Shown here: piece by piece, positions 15,970-23,492 of the stretch | Layout of the letters: each line of letters begins with the position of its first letter | Numbering within the stretch: the first letter of the stretch is position 1 | Source of the DNA: Candidatus Thorarchaeota archaeon | GTDB taxonomy: Archaea > Asgardarchaeota > Thorarchaeia > Thorarchaeales > Thorarchaeaceae | Direction of reading: 5' to 3' | Length of the DNA: 23,492 nucleotides | Assembly: GCA_038893995.1 (NCBI GenBank) | Contig: JAWAQK010000039.1 | Coordinates: forward strand, 1-23,492 | Made by a program: the position numbers and the translations under genes | Notes under the pieces: generated by a model | What the model was told of the DNA's origin: nothing | The model's database searches: none | Seen by the model: only the letters and a program-made list of their open reading frames with translations

Positions 15970-16595
15970 GTGCAGAGGTCTGGGCAGTTGGAGCGGAGTC
16001 TGAGATATACCGTGTCAGACGTTGGGGTATTGTGATGGCAGTCAAGAGCAGGGTTTCCAAGCCCTATCTTCTGGCTGACATTGATAATCAGCTGAAACGA
16101 CTGCGCACGACTAGAGAGTGCAGTATGCTTCAGTACGCCAGAAGACTTGGTGTGCCTACTCCAACTGTATACTCGATAGATCTCTCCAACTGCAGAATCT
16201 GGATGGACTTCATTGATGGCCGACAACTAAAGCAGCTGGCGAATGAGGTTTCCAAACCTGAGCTCAGACGGTTGTGTGAGTCCTTCGGGGTGCTAATCGG
16301 CATGTTGCACAGGGGGAATGTGGTACATGGCGATCCAACCACAAGCAATGTCATAGTCGATAGTGCATCGAGGATGTGGATCGTGGATTTCGGACTTGGG
16401 GAGTATAATGCAACAATTGAGATGAAGGGAGTCGACCTGCATCTGATAGAACGTGCCATTGAGACCACACACTGGGACCTGTCTGAAGACATGCTCTCGT
16501 CAATACTGGACGGATATGTTTCGGTGCTGGGCAGTGATGCTGATGAAAACATCTCCAGAATGAAGCATCTCCGGCTGAGAGGCAGGTACCACTAG
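15966..16595 (+). CDS. bud32: KEOPS kinase/ATPase Bud32
   Basis: GAES.IY, VKSR..KPY, RT.RE, HGDPTTSN, VDFGL, VDLHL, RLRGRY C-terminus. Overlaps the kae1 stop. Confidence 0.96.
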   Translation: MSAEVWAVGAESEIYRVRRWGIVMAVKSRVSKPYLLADIDNQLKRLRTTRECSMLQYARRLGVPTPTVYSIDLSNCRIWMDFIDGRQLKQLANEVSKPELRRLCESFGVLIGMLHRGNVVHGDPTTSNVIVDSASRMWIVDFGLGEYNATIEMKGVDLHLIERAIETTHWDLSEDMLSSILDGYVSVLGSDADENISRMKHLRLRGRYH

Positions 16596-16683
16596 TCATT
16601 TCGAACAAAGATAACGTTTATATTTCCTCCATCAGCGCCCTACCAAGTTCTCTTAATGACCAGATTCACGAGGGTAGTGCTGA

Positions 16684-17139
16684 ATGGCAAGAATCCACAC
16701 GCGAAAAAAGGGACAATCGGGCAGCAAACGTCCGTCAATTCAGCGAGTACCTGAATGGGTTTCAGTAGACCCTCGGTGGGTGGAATCGACCGTAGTGGAC
16801 CTTGCAAAGAGTGGCACTCCTCCCTCTATGATCGGTCTCATTCTGAGAGACCAGTACGGGGTTCCCCTGATTAAGACCATTACTGGGAAAAAGGTAACCC
16901 GAATCCTCGAGGAACATTCCCTTCAAACCAGAGTTCCAGAAGATCTACGAAGCCTGATCACTAGAGCTGTCACTATTCGACGACACTTGGAAACTAACAA
17001 GAAGGACCTGGTGGCAAAGAGACGTCTTCAGCTGACTGAGAGCAAGATCCACAGGTTGTCGCGGTATTACGTTAGGCAGGGGAAGCTTCCATCTAGTTGG
17101 AAGTACTCAGCGGAACAGGCTGCTGTGCTTCTAAGATAG
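16684..17139 (+). CDS. rps15: 30S ribosomal protein uS15 (S15p/S13e)
   Basis: MARIHTRKKGQSGSKRP, IGLILRDQYGVP, PEDL, HL..NKKD..AKRRLQLTESKIHRL.RYY. Upstream TTTATATT box at about 16617. Confidence 0.98.
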   Translation: MARIHTRKKGQSGSKRPSIQRVPEWVSVDPRWVESTVVDLAKSGTPPSMIGLILRDQYGVPLIKTITGKKVTRILEEHSLQTRVPEDLRSLITRAVTIRRHLETNKKDLVAKRRLQLTESKIHRLSRYYVRQGKLPSSWKYSAEQAAVLLR

Positions 17140-17172
17140 TCTTAAAGTGGGTGCACCTCTCCGGACCGCGAT

Positions 17173-18519
17173 ATGTCCAATGATGCGACTCTCAGTATTC
17201 CCACTCTCGATCGCCTGAGAGAACAATGTCGTGATCTTCGACTTGGATCTAGCACCACCGTCACAGTCGTTTGCGCCCCCTTCCCCAACATGATTGCACT
17301 TGGTGCTCTGTTGTGCAGATCTATACTCGCTTCAGGCCGTGTCTTTCACCTCACATTCGGGGAACCTGTCATGGACTTTCAATCCCTCCAGAATCTGATT
17401 GATACGCACTCCAGATCTCCCATTGTCTTCATTGGCGTTGACTGTGATTCATGGGTGGACATTCGTCCTTCTAACAGCCAGCTTGTATTCGTAGGCAGGG
17501 GCCCTAAGCATCTAGAGAATGCAACTTTCCTAGGCGACCAATGCATGGTCCCCGCTGCTGTCTACAGCGTGGCCCGAGAGAATTTCTCGGTGAGCAACAC
17601 TGAGCTCCTCCTTGCCATTCAAGGCGCACTGTTGTCTGACGATGCGTACTCCTGTGAGAGCTCGTATCTCGATCTCCTTAAGATCGGTCTCGATAGTGAT
17701 GTTGTTCGGACCACACGCAGCTTCCTGCTCTTTGGAAAGAACTTCCTTCCAATTCCTGAGATGTTCAGTCTGTCGGTAAGACCATATCTTCCTTCTCTAA
17801 GTGGTGACCCATCAGGTTGCAAGCAGCTCCTGGATTCTGCTCAGCTGGCCATAACAAGGACCAGTAGCCCAGTTGCATATCTGACCCCCGAAGATCGTCA
17901 GCATCTTGTTCAAGCCCTGATTCCTTGCGTATCCACAGAGGCACTCGGGCTCATCCTGGGCCAGGACTACGAGTTTCCCCACGAGCAGGAGCGGAGTCCA
18001 ATGCGGTATCTCTCCCAGATACGTGTGCTTGTAAGCACTGCCTGGGCCCTGCATGTCTACGGGCTTGGTGCAGGAATTATGCTCGGCGATCGTGCAAGGC
18101 TACTGAGAGAACTTGTCGATCTTCATCTGCAGTGTGCAATGCATCTGTCACAGGTCGTACATCAGATCATTACCAAGAATCTGATACCATCGCCTGAGGA
18201 TGGGAAGAAGTGCACAGTGTTTCAGCTCTCCCAAGATTTCGAGGGAGTGGCGCTTCCTATTGCTCAAGTCTTGGTCGAACTGGGGGCAACTGACAACATA
18301 CTCGTACTGAAGTCAGCACAGGGCCTAGAGGTCAGTTGGAGGAAGAGTTTGCTTGATATACATGAGGTCATGAGATCACTTCACCAACTCGGCGCTCGTC
18401 CCAGGTCTGTGTCGGAATCCACATTGCGCATCACGGATTGCGAGAACATGATCGAGCCAGTCATAGACACAATGGAGCGTCTGTCACTTGGTGCTAACAA
18501 GAGCAGTCGTGAGGCTTGA
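17173..18519 (+). CDS. Degenerate DHH-family RecJ/GAN/Cdc45-like protein, predicted nuclease-inactive
   Basis: Conserved position between rps15 and pcc1; about 450 aa; recognisable segments LLFG...PI...S..PYLP.LSGD..GC, L..EDRQ.L, G.DY. DxDG, D, DHH and GGH motifs are absent. Confidence 0.7.
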   Translation: MSNDATLSIPTLDRLREQCRDLRLGSSTTVTVVCAPFPNMIALGALLCRSILASGRVFHLTFGEPVMDFQSLQNLIDTHSRSPIVFIGVDCDSWVDIRPSNSQLVFVGRGPKHLENATFLGDQCMVPAAVYSVARENFSVSNTELLLAIQGALLSDDAYSCESSYLDLLKIGLDSDVVRTTRSFLLFGKNFLPIPEMFSLSVRPYLPSLSGDPSGCKQLLDSAQLAITRTSSPVAYLTPEDRQHLVQALIPCVSTEALGLILGQDYEFPHEQERSPMRYLSQIRVLVSTAWALHVYGLGAGIMLGDRARLLRELVDLHLQCAMHLSQVVHQIITKNLIPSPEDGKKCTVFQLSQDFEGVALPIAQVLVELGATDNILVLKSAQGLEVSWRKSLLDIHEVMRSLHQLGARPRSVSESTLRITDCENMIEPVIDTMERLSLGANKSSREA

Positions 18520-18757
18520 GTTTGATTCAGGTGATCATGCGGTTCATCTGCTCCTTGCCATTGCTCCTGACAACGTACCGCTTCCGGATGGCCTGTCGAT
18601 GAAGGTTGGAACTGATGGACCTGCAGCCATAATCAGTATCGAATCCAGCAGGGAATTGGCGAGTGTTCGCACAACGATCGAGGATCTGTTGAGCGCGGTC
18701 GATCTCTACCTGCGAATATCGCAACGGTACCGTAATAGCAGCACCAGGTGCGACTGA
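18488..18757 (+). CDS. pcc1: KEOPS subunit Pcc1
   Basis: About 89 aa; LEF.S...A..L..AI.PDN, I.IES...LASVR.TIEDLL; conserved position. Confidence 0.85.
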   Translation: MVLTRAVVRLEFDSGDHAVHLLLAIAPDNVPLPDGLSMKVGTDGPAAIISIESSRELASVRTTIEDLLSAVDLYLRISQRYRNSSTRCD

Positions 18758-18974
18758 ACCTTCGCGTCAGATTGTCAACTGTCTCGGCATTCTTCTGGCA
18801 TGCTGTTGTCTTTACTCTGGGCTTGACTCCCGGCACTGTACTGCTTCTTCCGTTTCAGAATACTCTCACGTATCCAGCGTCACTGCCCTAGACACTCTAG
18901 ATTTGACGTCCGTACATTCTTGTCCATGTCTCTCCCGCGTCTCTGAAGTGACATGTCTTGAGTCTGAATGTAGT

Positions 18975-20558
18975 TCAGTGATACTCGTGGAAGAATCTAA
19001 GCACGGGTTCACAAGTATGCAGATCTACAAACGTCACAATCCCCGGTGTAGGTTCAACCCCCTGCTTCTTCATGAACTCTGTCTGAGCCTGAAATGTTCC
19101 TGAGTTGACCATAAGCACACCCCTGTAAGTGTCAACCGCGTTGTGATGTGCATGACCAAAATGAACAATATCTGGCACCCTCTCAATGACCATCCAGTCC
19201 CGAGAAATGGGCGCGAGTTCAGTCTTGCCTCCATATATCGGCGAAAGATGTCGTTTTTTCAACAATTCCCTCATACCGTTCTCAGGGCTTCTGTATGTGA
19301 CTCCTGGAATCTGGATAACAAGGTCATCCAACACATCTCCATGAGTCAGCAGTACTGTTACGCCCTCTACGAGGACATACGACGGATCCCCTAACATAAC
19401 TATCCGCCCACCCAGCTCGTACAGAGGATTTGCGAACATACGCAGAACCGGGGGACGAGGCAACGCCTGTCTGCTTGCATCGTGGTTTCCTGGGATGCAA
19501 ATTACCTTGATCCTCTCTGGAAGGGACCGAATCTTGTCGGCAAGTTGTCTGTACTGATCCTCAAGATTCAGGATGGCAAGATCTCGCTCTTGGTCTGGGT
19601 AGACTCCCACACCATCACAGAGATCTCCGGCTATGAATAGATACTCGGTGTTTCTCACTATCTCCTTGTCAGAACTATCGACATCCTTACCACACATCCA
19701 GTGTAGAAACCGATCGAAATCGTCCTCAAGGAACTTGTCGCTGCCAAAGTGCAGATCCGAAACAAATGCTGCGTATACACTCCGTTTCGATCGTCCTTTC
19801 TTCCGGCTTGTGGGAATGTCAGGGAAGAGTATATCATCAGCTATGAACCTCCCTCCATCATCGGTCCTACCAACTACGCACACAACCTCGTCTAGCAGCA
19901 GAGACGTGCCCTTTTGCATGAGGGTCCTGCCAGTCTGGTCTGCCCTATTGGATGGAACAATGCATGTCATAGTACTCTCCTCGTCCTCTAGTACTAGAAT
20001 GATGTTTCCTGAGCGTGAAACAGTCTTCTCCCTGACCATCCCCAACACTACTTGCACAGGCCTGCGGCTGTAGGTTCCTGCCACCATCGGCGTTCTGAGA
20101 TTTCGTTCACTGCTCTCAACTGCCGTTGGCAGAACCGCGCTCATGGTGTCGACTCTTGACCTGTAGATCCGACTCAATCTCCTGAAACGGTCGCGAAAAA
20201 GCTCCATGAAATCTTCGAGTTCACCTGCCGACCCCACACTGTCGTCAGTAGGAGTTGAAATGATGGTTATCGGTTCCTCGGCTCTATGCGCGGCCGCCTT
20301 GAGATCGTGATCTTCGTTGACGTCCGATGTTGTCAGCGAGTGTGACCGAAGGATGTCTTCATCTGATTTTCTCATCCTGTCTATTATCTCACCTGTTATC
20401 ACCGACTTCCCCGACGCAATTGCAAGGTCAACTATGCAGTCCAAGAACTTCATTGGCGCCTCCAGGTCTATGATGGAGCTCAGAGCATCTGGTGATATTT
20501 GACAACCTGCACTTAACAATCTCTTCACGATGGCCTGCCTGAGGGAGTCTCTTGCCAT
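18975..20558 (-). CDS. polB: DNA polymerase D small subunit DP1 (3'-5' exonuclease)
   Basis: FRDRF.RL, OB fold (VLGMV, LEDE, LLLDEVV), intact phosphoesterase motifs SDLHFGS, AGDLCDGVGVYP.Q, PGNHD, HGD, RHLSP.YG, GHAH, NSGTFQ.QTEF. Start placed at ATG 20558. Confidence 0.95.
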   Translation of the reverse strand: MARDSLRQAIVKRLLSAGCQISPDALSSIIDLEAPMKFLDCIVDLAIASGKSVITGEIIDRMRKSDEDILRSHSLTTSDVNEDHDLKAAAHRAEEPITIISTPTDDSVGSAGELEDFMELFRDRFRRLSRIYRSRVDTMSAVLPTAVESSERNLRTPMVAGTYSRRPVQVVLGMVREKTVSRSGNIILVLEDEESTMTCIVPSNRADQTGRTLMQKGTSLLLDEVVCVVGRTDDGGRFIADDILFPDIPTSRKKGRSKRSVYAAFVSDLHFGSDKFLEDDFDRFLHWMCGKDVDSSDKEIVRNTEYLFIAGDLCDGVGVYPDQERDLAILNLEDQYRQLADKIRSLPERIKVICIPGNHDASRQALPRPPVLRMFANPLYELGGRIVMLGDPSYVLVEGVTVLLTHGDVLDDLVIQIPGVTYRSPENGMRELLKKRHLSPIYGGKTELAPISRDWMVIERVPDIVHFGHAHHNAVDTYRGVLMVNSGTFQAQTEFMKKQGVEPTPGIVTFVDLHTCEPVLRFFHEYH

Positions 20559-20672
20559 ACTGAATCCTCTGGTGAGCAGGGCTGTACTTAAACTTCTGTC
20601 TGTTCTCAAGGGCCTCTTGAAGCACAAAGCGGAAATTAGAGCCTGACATTGTTGTCAGGTGAGTGTGTTGTG

Positions 20673-21650
20673 ATGAACATCAGACGGCTTCAGCAGACCG
20701 GAGGTAAGCTCGGCAACTCATTTCTGGTTATTGTGCCGATGGAGTGGGTCAGACGTCATGGGCTCAAGAAGGGGGACCCTATTGTGGTTTCTGAGAGAGA
20801 GGATGGCTGTTTGCTTCTCGACCCCCGACTGCCACGTTCAGGCGAAGCTAGGAGAGCAGTGATTCAACTCGAATCCAATCTGAAATGGTCCATTACCAGC
20901 ACCTATCTTCTTGGCTTCGACGAGATCCGCATTGTTAGTGTTGACCCTCTGACAAGCGATATGCGAGATGAGGTGAGACGGATAATCAAGAGATTTGTTG
21001 CCCTTGAGATAACCGAGGAGAATGAGAATGAGATCGTACTTCAGTGCCTTGTTGACCCATCCACGATTTCCGTTGAGAAAGCCATGAAGCGAATGAGCCT
21101 GATAACATCTACTATGTTGCGGGATGCAGTACAGGCATTCGTCACAGGGGCTCGAGATCTTTCGGAGTACGTGTGCCAGAAAGATGAAGAGGTAGATCGT
21201 TTCTTCTTTCTCATGGTCCGTGAACTGCGGTCAGCTACGCAGTACCCCAGCATCTCCGAGAAAATGGGTATCCCTCCTGTCAAGGCTCTTGACTTCAGGC
21301 TAGCAGTGCAGTACATTGAACGGATCGCTGACCTGGCTGTCGATGTGGCACGCCAGGCCACTGCGTCCCCAATTGACGTCATACTGGCAGAGGATGTGAA
21401 ACGGATAGCAGAGTTTGCTTCTGAGATGCTCCACAAATCAGTAACAAACCTCTTCAAGTTCGATCCTGATGTTGTAACATGGGTAATGGGTGCTGAGAGA
21501 GACCTAGTCGATGATGTAGGCCGCATGCGAACTAGAATCATCGGCGCGGCAAAGGACTCGGCCCAGGCCTGTCTTCAGGTGATTGAATGTCTCTTGAGAA
21601 TCGGAGAAACAGCAAAGGATATTGTCGACCTTGCTCTGCCTCCGACATGA
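20673..21650 (+). CDS. phoU: AbrB-PhoU-PhoU phosphate uptake regulator family protein
   Basis: RRLQQTGG...S..V..P.EW....GLKKGD (AbrB), YLLGFDEI, DEEVDRFFFL..R, YIERIADLA, RIGE...DI. Confidence 0.9.
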   Translation: MNIRRLQQTGGKLGNSFLVIVPMEWVRRHGLKKGDPIVVSEREDGCLLLDPRLPRSGEARRAVIQLESNLKWSITSTYLLGFDEIRIVSVDPLTSDMRDEVRRIIKRFVALEITEENENEIVLQCLVDPSTISVEKAMKRMSLITSTMLRDAVQAFVTGARDLSEYVCQKDEEVDRFFFLMVRELRSATQYPSISEKMGIPPVKALDFRLAVQYIERIADLAVDVARQATASPIDVILAEDVKRIAEFASEMLHKSVTNLFKFDPDVVTWVMGAERDLVDDVGRMRTRIIGAAKDSAQACLQVIECLLRIGETAKDIVDLALPPT

Positions 21651-21813
21651 GTTCAACGCTACACATACTTGCCCCAGGAGTCCACAGAAGCAGGGTGATC
21701 CGTAACAGTCTCCCGATTCAGTACTAGTTACATCCGTCTATCGCAGGCATGCGTTGCTGAACTTGAATTGCACCTTTCTCAAGACTTTCTTGGTGACTCA
21801 TCTGCAGTGTCTT

Positions 21814-22392
21814 TTACTGGCACCGAGGTGCAACAGCTTCCTGCAATGCCCTTTGGAGCAACAGATCCACGGCCTCTACAACGTTGGTTCCATCCTTGGC
21901 GACTGTTCTTAGAACGGGCACGCGTTCGGGTATTCCCAGATGATTTCTCAGTGTGAATTCACTTACTGACGATGGCAGGTCTGCCTTGTTGAGACACACC
22001 ACTATGGGGACCCAATCCCTTGCCTCAGATAGGAGGGCCATCAGTTCATTCCAACTGGAGAGATTGTCCTCTAACAGTTCACTCTGTGAATCTGCTACGA
22101 ATACGACCCCATCAGTCCCGACGAGCACGACCTCTCTAGTTGAGCTGTAAAACTCCTGTCCGGTTGCAGTCCATATGTTTACGTTCATGCTCCATGTGTT
22201 ACCTAGAGGAATCTCTAGCGTTCCGAAGTCACATAACATCGTTCTTCCCATTGAATTATCGATAGACATCAACTTGTCCTGACTACCAAAAGTTGAGAAA
22301 AGCCACTTTATGGAAGTAGTCTTGCCGCTCATTGCGGGACCAAAGAACACCAACTTGATGGCGACTGACCTAGAACTGTAGTCTACAATCAC
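21814..22392 (-). CDS. MglA-type small GTPase
   Basis: IKLVFFGPAMSGKTT (G1), GRT..DF (G2 with MglA-type Arg), TATGQ.FY...R (G3), DGVVFVADSQ, NKAD (G4), TVA (G5). Closely parallels the Myxococcus MglA pattern. Confidence 0.93.
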   Translation of the reverse strand: MIVDYSSRSVAIKLVFFGPAMSGKTTSIKWLFSTFGSQDKLMSIDNSMGRTMLCDFGTLEIPLGNTWSMNVNIWTATGQEFYSSTREVVLVGTDGVVFVADSQSELLEDNLSSWNELMALLSEARDWVPIVVCLNKADLPSSVSEFTLRNHLGIPERVPVLRTVAKDGTNVVEAVDLLLQRALQEAVAPRCQ

Positions 22393-22404
22393 AGTCCTTT
22401 CCCC

Positions 22405-23325
22405 CTATCCTCCCCACATACTCTCCACCCACTCTCCAAGCCCCAGTAGTCCGCTTCCTCTTATACAGTCCGAGAAGTCCTCGTACCACTCCGACTTCAT
22501 GAAACGCATCATGTCGTCCAGACCTCCAATACTCCATCCTATTGCCTCAAACAGATTGCGCTCAGCCAACGTTGCTCGAGCGCCCAGTTCCCTGAGGATC
22601 CTTATCCTAGAGAGAATTGTCAGTGCGCGTCGAGCTGCGTGAACGTATCTACTGATCTCCTCCTCAAACATGTCCCTCACCACCTTTTCTGCCTCGTCAT
22701 CAAGTTGCAATAGAGCCATCATGGTTGGTTCAGGTAGATCAGTGTCGTGTAGGGATCGTGAGAGAATTCGTCTTATCCTTTCGAGAGCCTGGTTCCTATT
22801 CTCAAGGATCTTGGCAACGATCGTCCTCTCTACAGTCAGAGATGAGTCGCACTCCTTAAGTTGCCCAAATCTAATCACGGAGGGCGATATCACTCTGACG
22901 ATGCCACAGTTTTCAGAAGTTGATTCGATGTGTTCCAGAAGATCGGCTAGAGCCTCCTCAGTGACACTGGTTCCCATGACAACGTTGTCTATGGGGACTG
23001 CAATGATCCAGCCGACAAAAGTACTGATTCTCTCAGTCAGAAGACGAAAACTGGCTGACATCGAGCACACCACAGTTCTGACCACCTCGTGATCATGGCG
23101 TTCTTCTTCATGAGCATCCAGGATCTCTGCGTCGGTCGTAAAGTCTCTCCAGAACACGAGCTTGTGTCGGTGAGGACAGAGTGCAGCAACGCTGTCCACG
23201 ATTTCATCAATCAGCTCGATGTCAGCACCCACTACCACAACTGGCAGTCGGTTGAGAACTGAATGGAGTAGTGCCGGGAACTGATTTCCCAAGAGCTCCA
23301 TCAAGCGTAACACGGAGTAGGTCAC
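22405..23325 (-). CDS. Uncharacterised 306-aa protein with possible DENN/folliculin-C-like domain
   Basis: Clear CDS in the operon. The N-terminal LMELLG..F..LLHSVL...PVVVVG.D..LI..IV..V..LCP pattern resembles the cDENN start; the domain call is by eye. Confidence 0.6.
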   Translation of the reverse strand: MTYSVLRLMELLGNQFPALLHSVLNRLPVVVVGADIELIDEIVDSVAALCPHRHKLVFWRDFTTDAEILDAHEEERHDHEVVRTVVCSMSASFRLLTERISTFVGWIIAVPIDNVVMGTSVTEEALADLLEHIESTSENCGIVRVISPSVIRFGQLKECDSSLTVERTIVAKILENRNQALERIRRILSRSLHDTDLPEPTMMALLQLDDEAEKVVRDMFEEEISRYVHAARRALTILSRIRILRELGARATLAERNLFEAIGWSIGGLDDMMRFMKSEWYEDFSDCIRGSGLLGLGEWVESMWGG

Positions 23326-23492
23326 TGCTTCCTCCCTGCCACAACGAGTCTTCCTGCCTCATGCGAGAGCAGGAGCTGTTTCAACTCCTCCGTTATGCAT
23401 GGCTCTCTCTCTGTTACTACATTGAGCACTCTCCTTGCCTCGTCTATGTAATGTTTCAGCAGAATACGCATCAGGCCCAATTTCTGGGTGTT
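23322..23492 (-). CDS. Roadblock/LC7 (MglB-like) protein, 3' end (partial; not in ORF track)
   Basis: Own translation: NTQKLGLMRILLKHYIDEARRVLNVVTEREPCITEELKQLLLSHEAGRLVVAGRKQ*. LGLMRILLK resembles the last helix of MglB (LGLVRLRIK). Its TGA overlaps the next GTG (GTGA). Confidence 0.6.
   Translation of the reverse strand, partial: NTQKLGLMRILLKHYIDEARRVLNVVTEREPCITEELKQLLLSHEAGRLVVAGRKQ

Noticed and set aside
18758-18974. Possible selenoprotein: minus-strand frame MSLQRRGRDMDKNVRTSNLECLGQ* continuing through TGA
   Set aside because: No resemblance to a known selenoprotein, no redox motif and no SECIS-like structure seen.
20559-20672. Replication origin next to DP1
   Set aside because: No cdc6/orc1 gene, ORB repeats or AT-rich unwinding element; the spacer is short.
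21651-21813. Short inverted repeats in the convergent phoU/GTPase spacer (possible ncRNA or SECIS)
   Set aside because: The stems are short and interrupted, there is no AUGA/GA quartet, and they are compatible with chance or termination signals.
1-23492. CRISPR array, rRNA or IS element
   Set aside because: No regularly spaced repeats, rRNA-like sequence or transposase found.

Overview
Archaeal housekeeping region, most likely from an Asgard archaeon such as Thorarchaeia. This taxonomy is inferred from GatDE, PolD, KEOPS, BHB-intron tRNAs and a roadblock/small-GTPase module; it is not proven. In order: gatD (3' end) and gatE; a five-tRNA cluster (Met-CAU with two introns, Leu-UAA, Val-UAC with a T-loop intron, Tyr-GUA, Arg-CCU) interrupted by a GH1 beta-glycosidase and rpiA; a PINA-family ATPase lacking its PIN and KH domains, coupled to a non-catalytic tRNA-splicing endonuclease subunit; hycI-like protease, mtnA, UPF0147, fau-1 and a hypothetical protein; an ArsR regulator; DUF460; Lsm; kae1, bud32, rps15, a degenerate DHH/GAN-Cdc45-like gene and pcc1; PolD DP1; AbrB-PhoU. 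The right end holds a tightly coupled minus-strand operon: roadblock/MglB-like (partial), DENN/folliculin-like protein, MglA-type small GTPase. Best candidates for new biology are this roadblock-DENN-GTPase module (reminiscent of Rag/Ragulator/FLCN), an eRF1-like GRGGQSAxR loop inside DUF460, non-canonical tRNA introns sharing an RGTCATY motif next to a beta-type splicing subunit, and a possible Vps28-CTD-like protein. All family calls are by-eye motif recognition; no searches were run.
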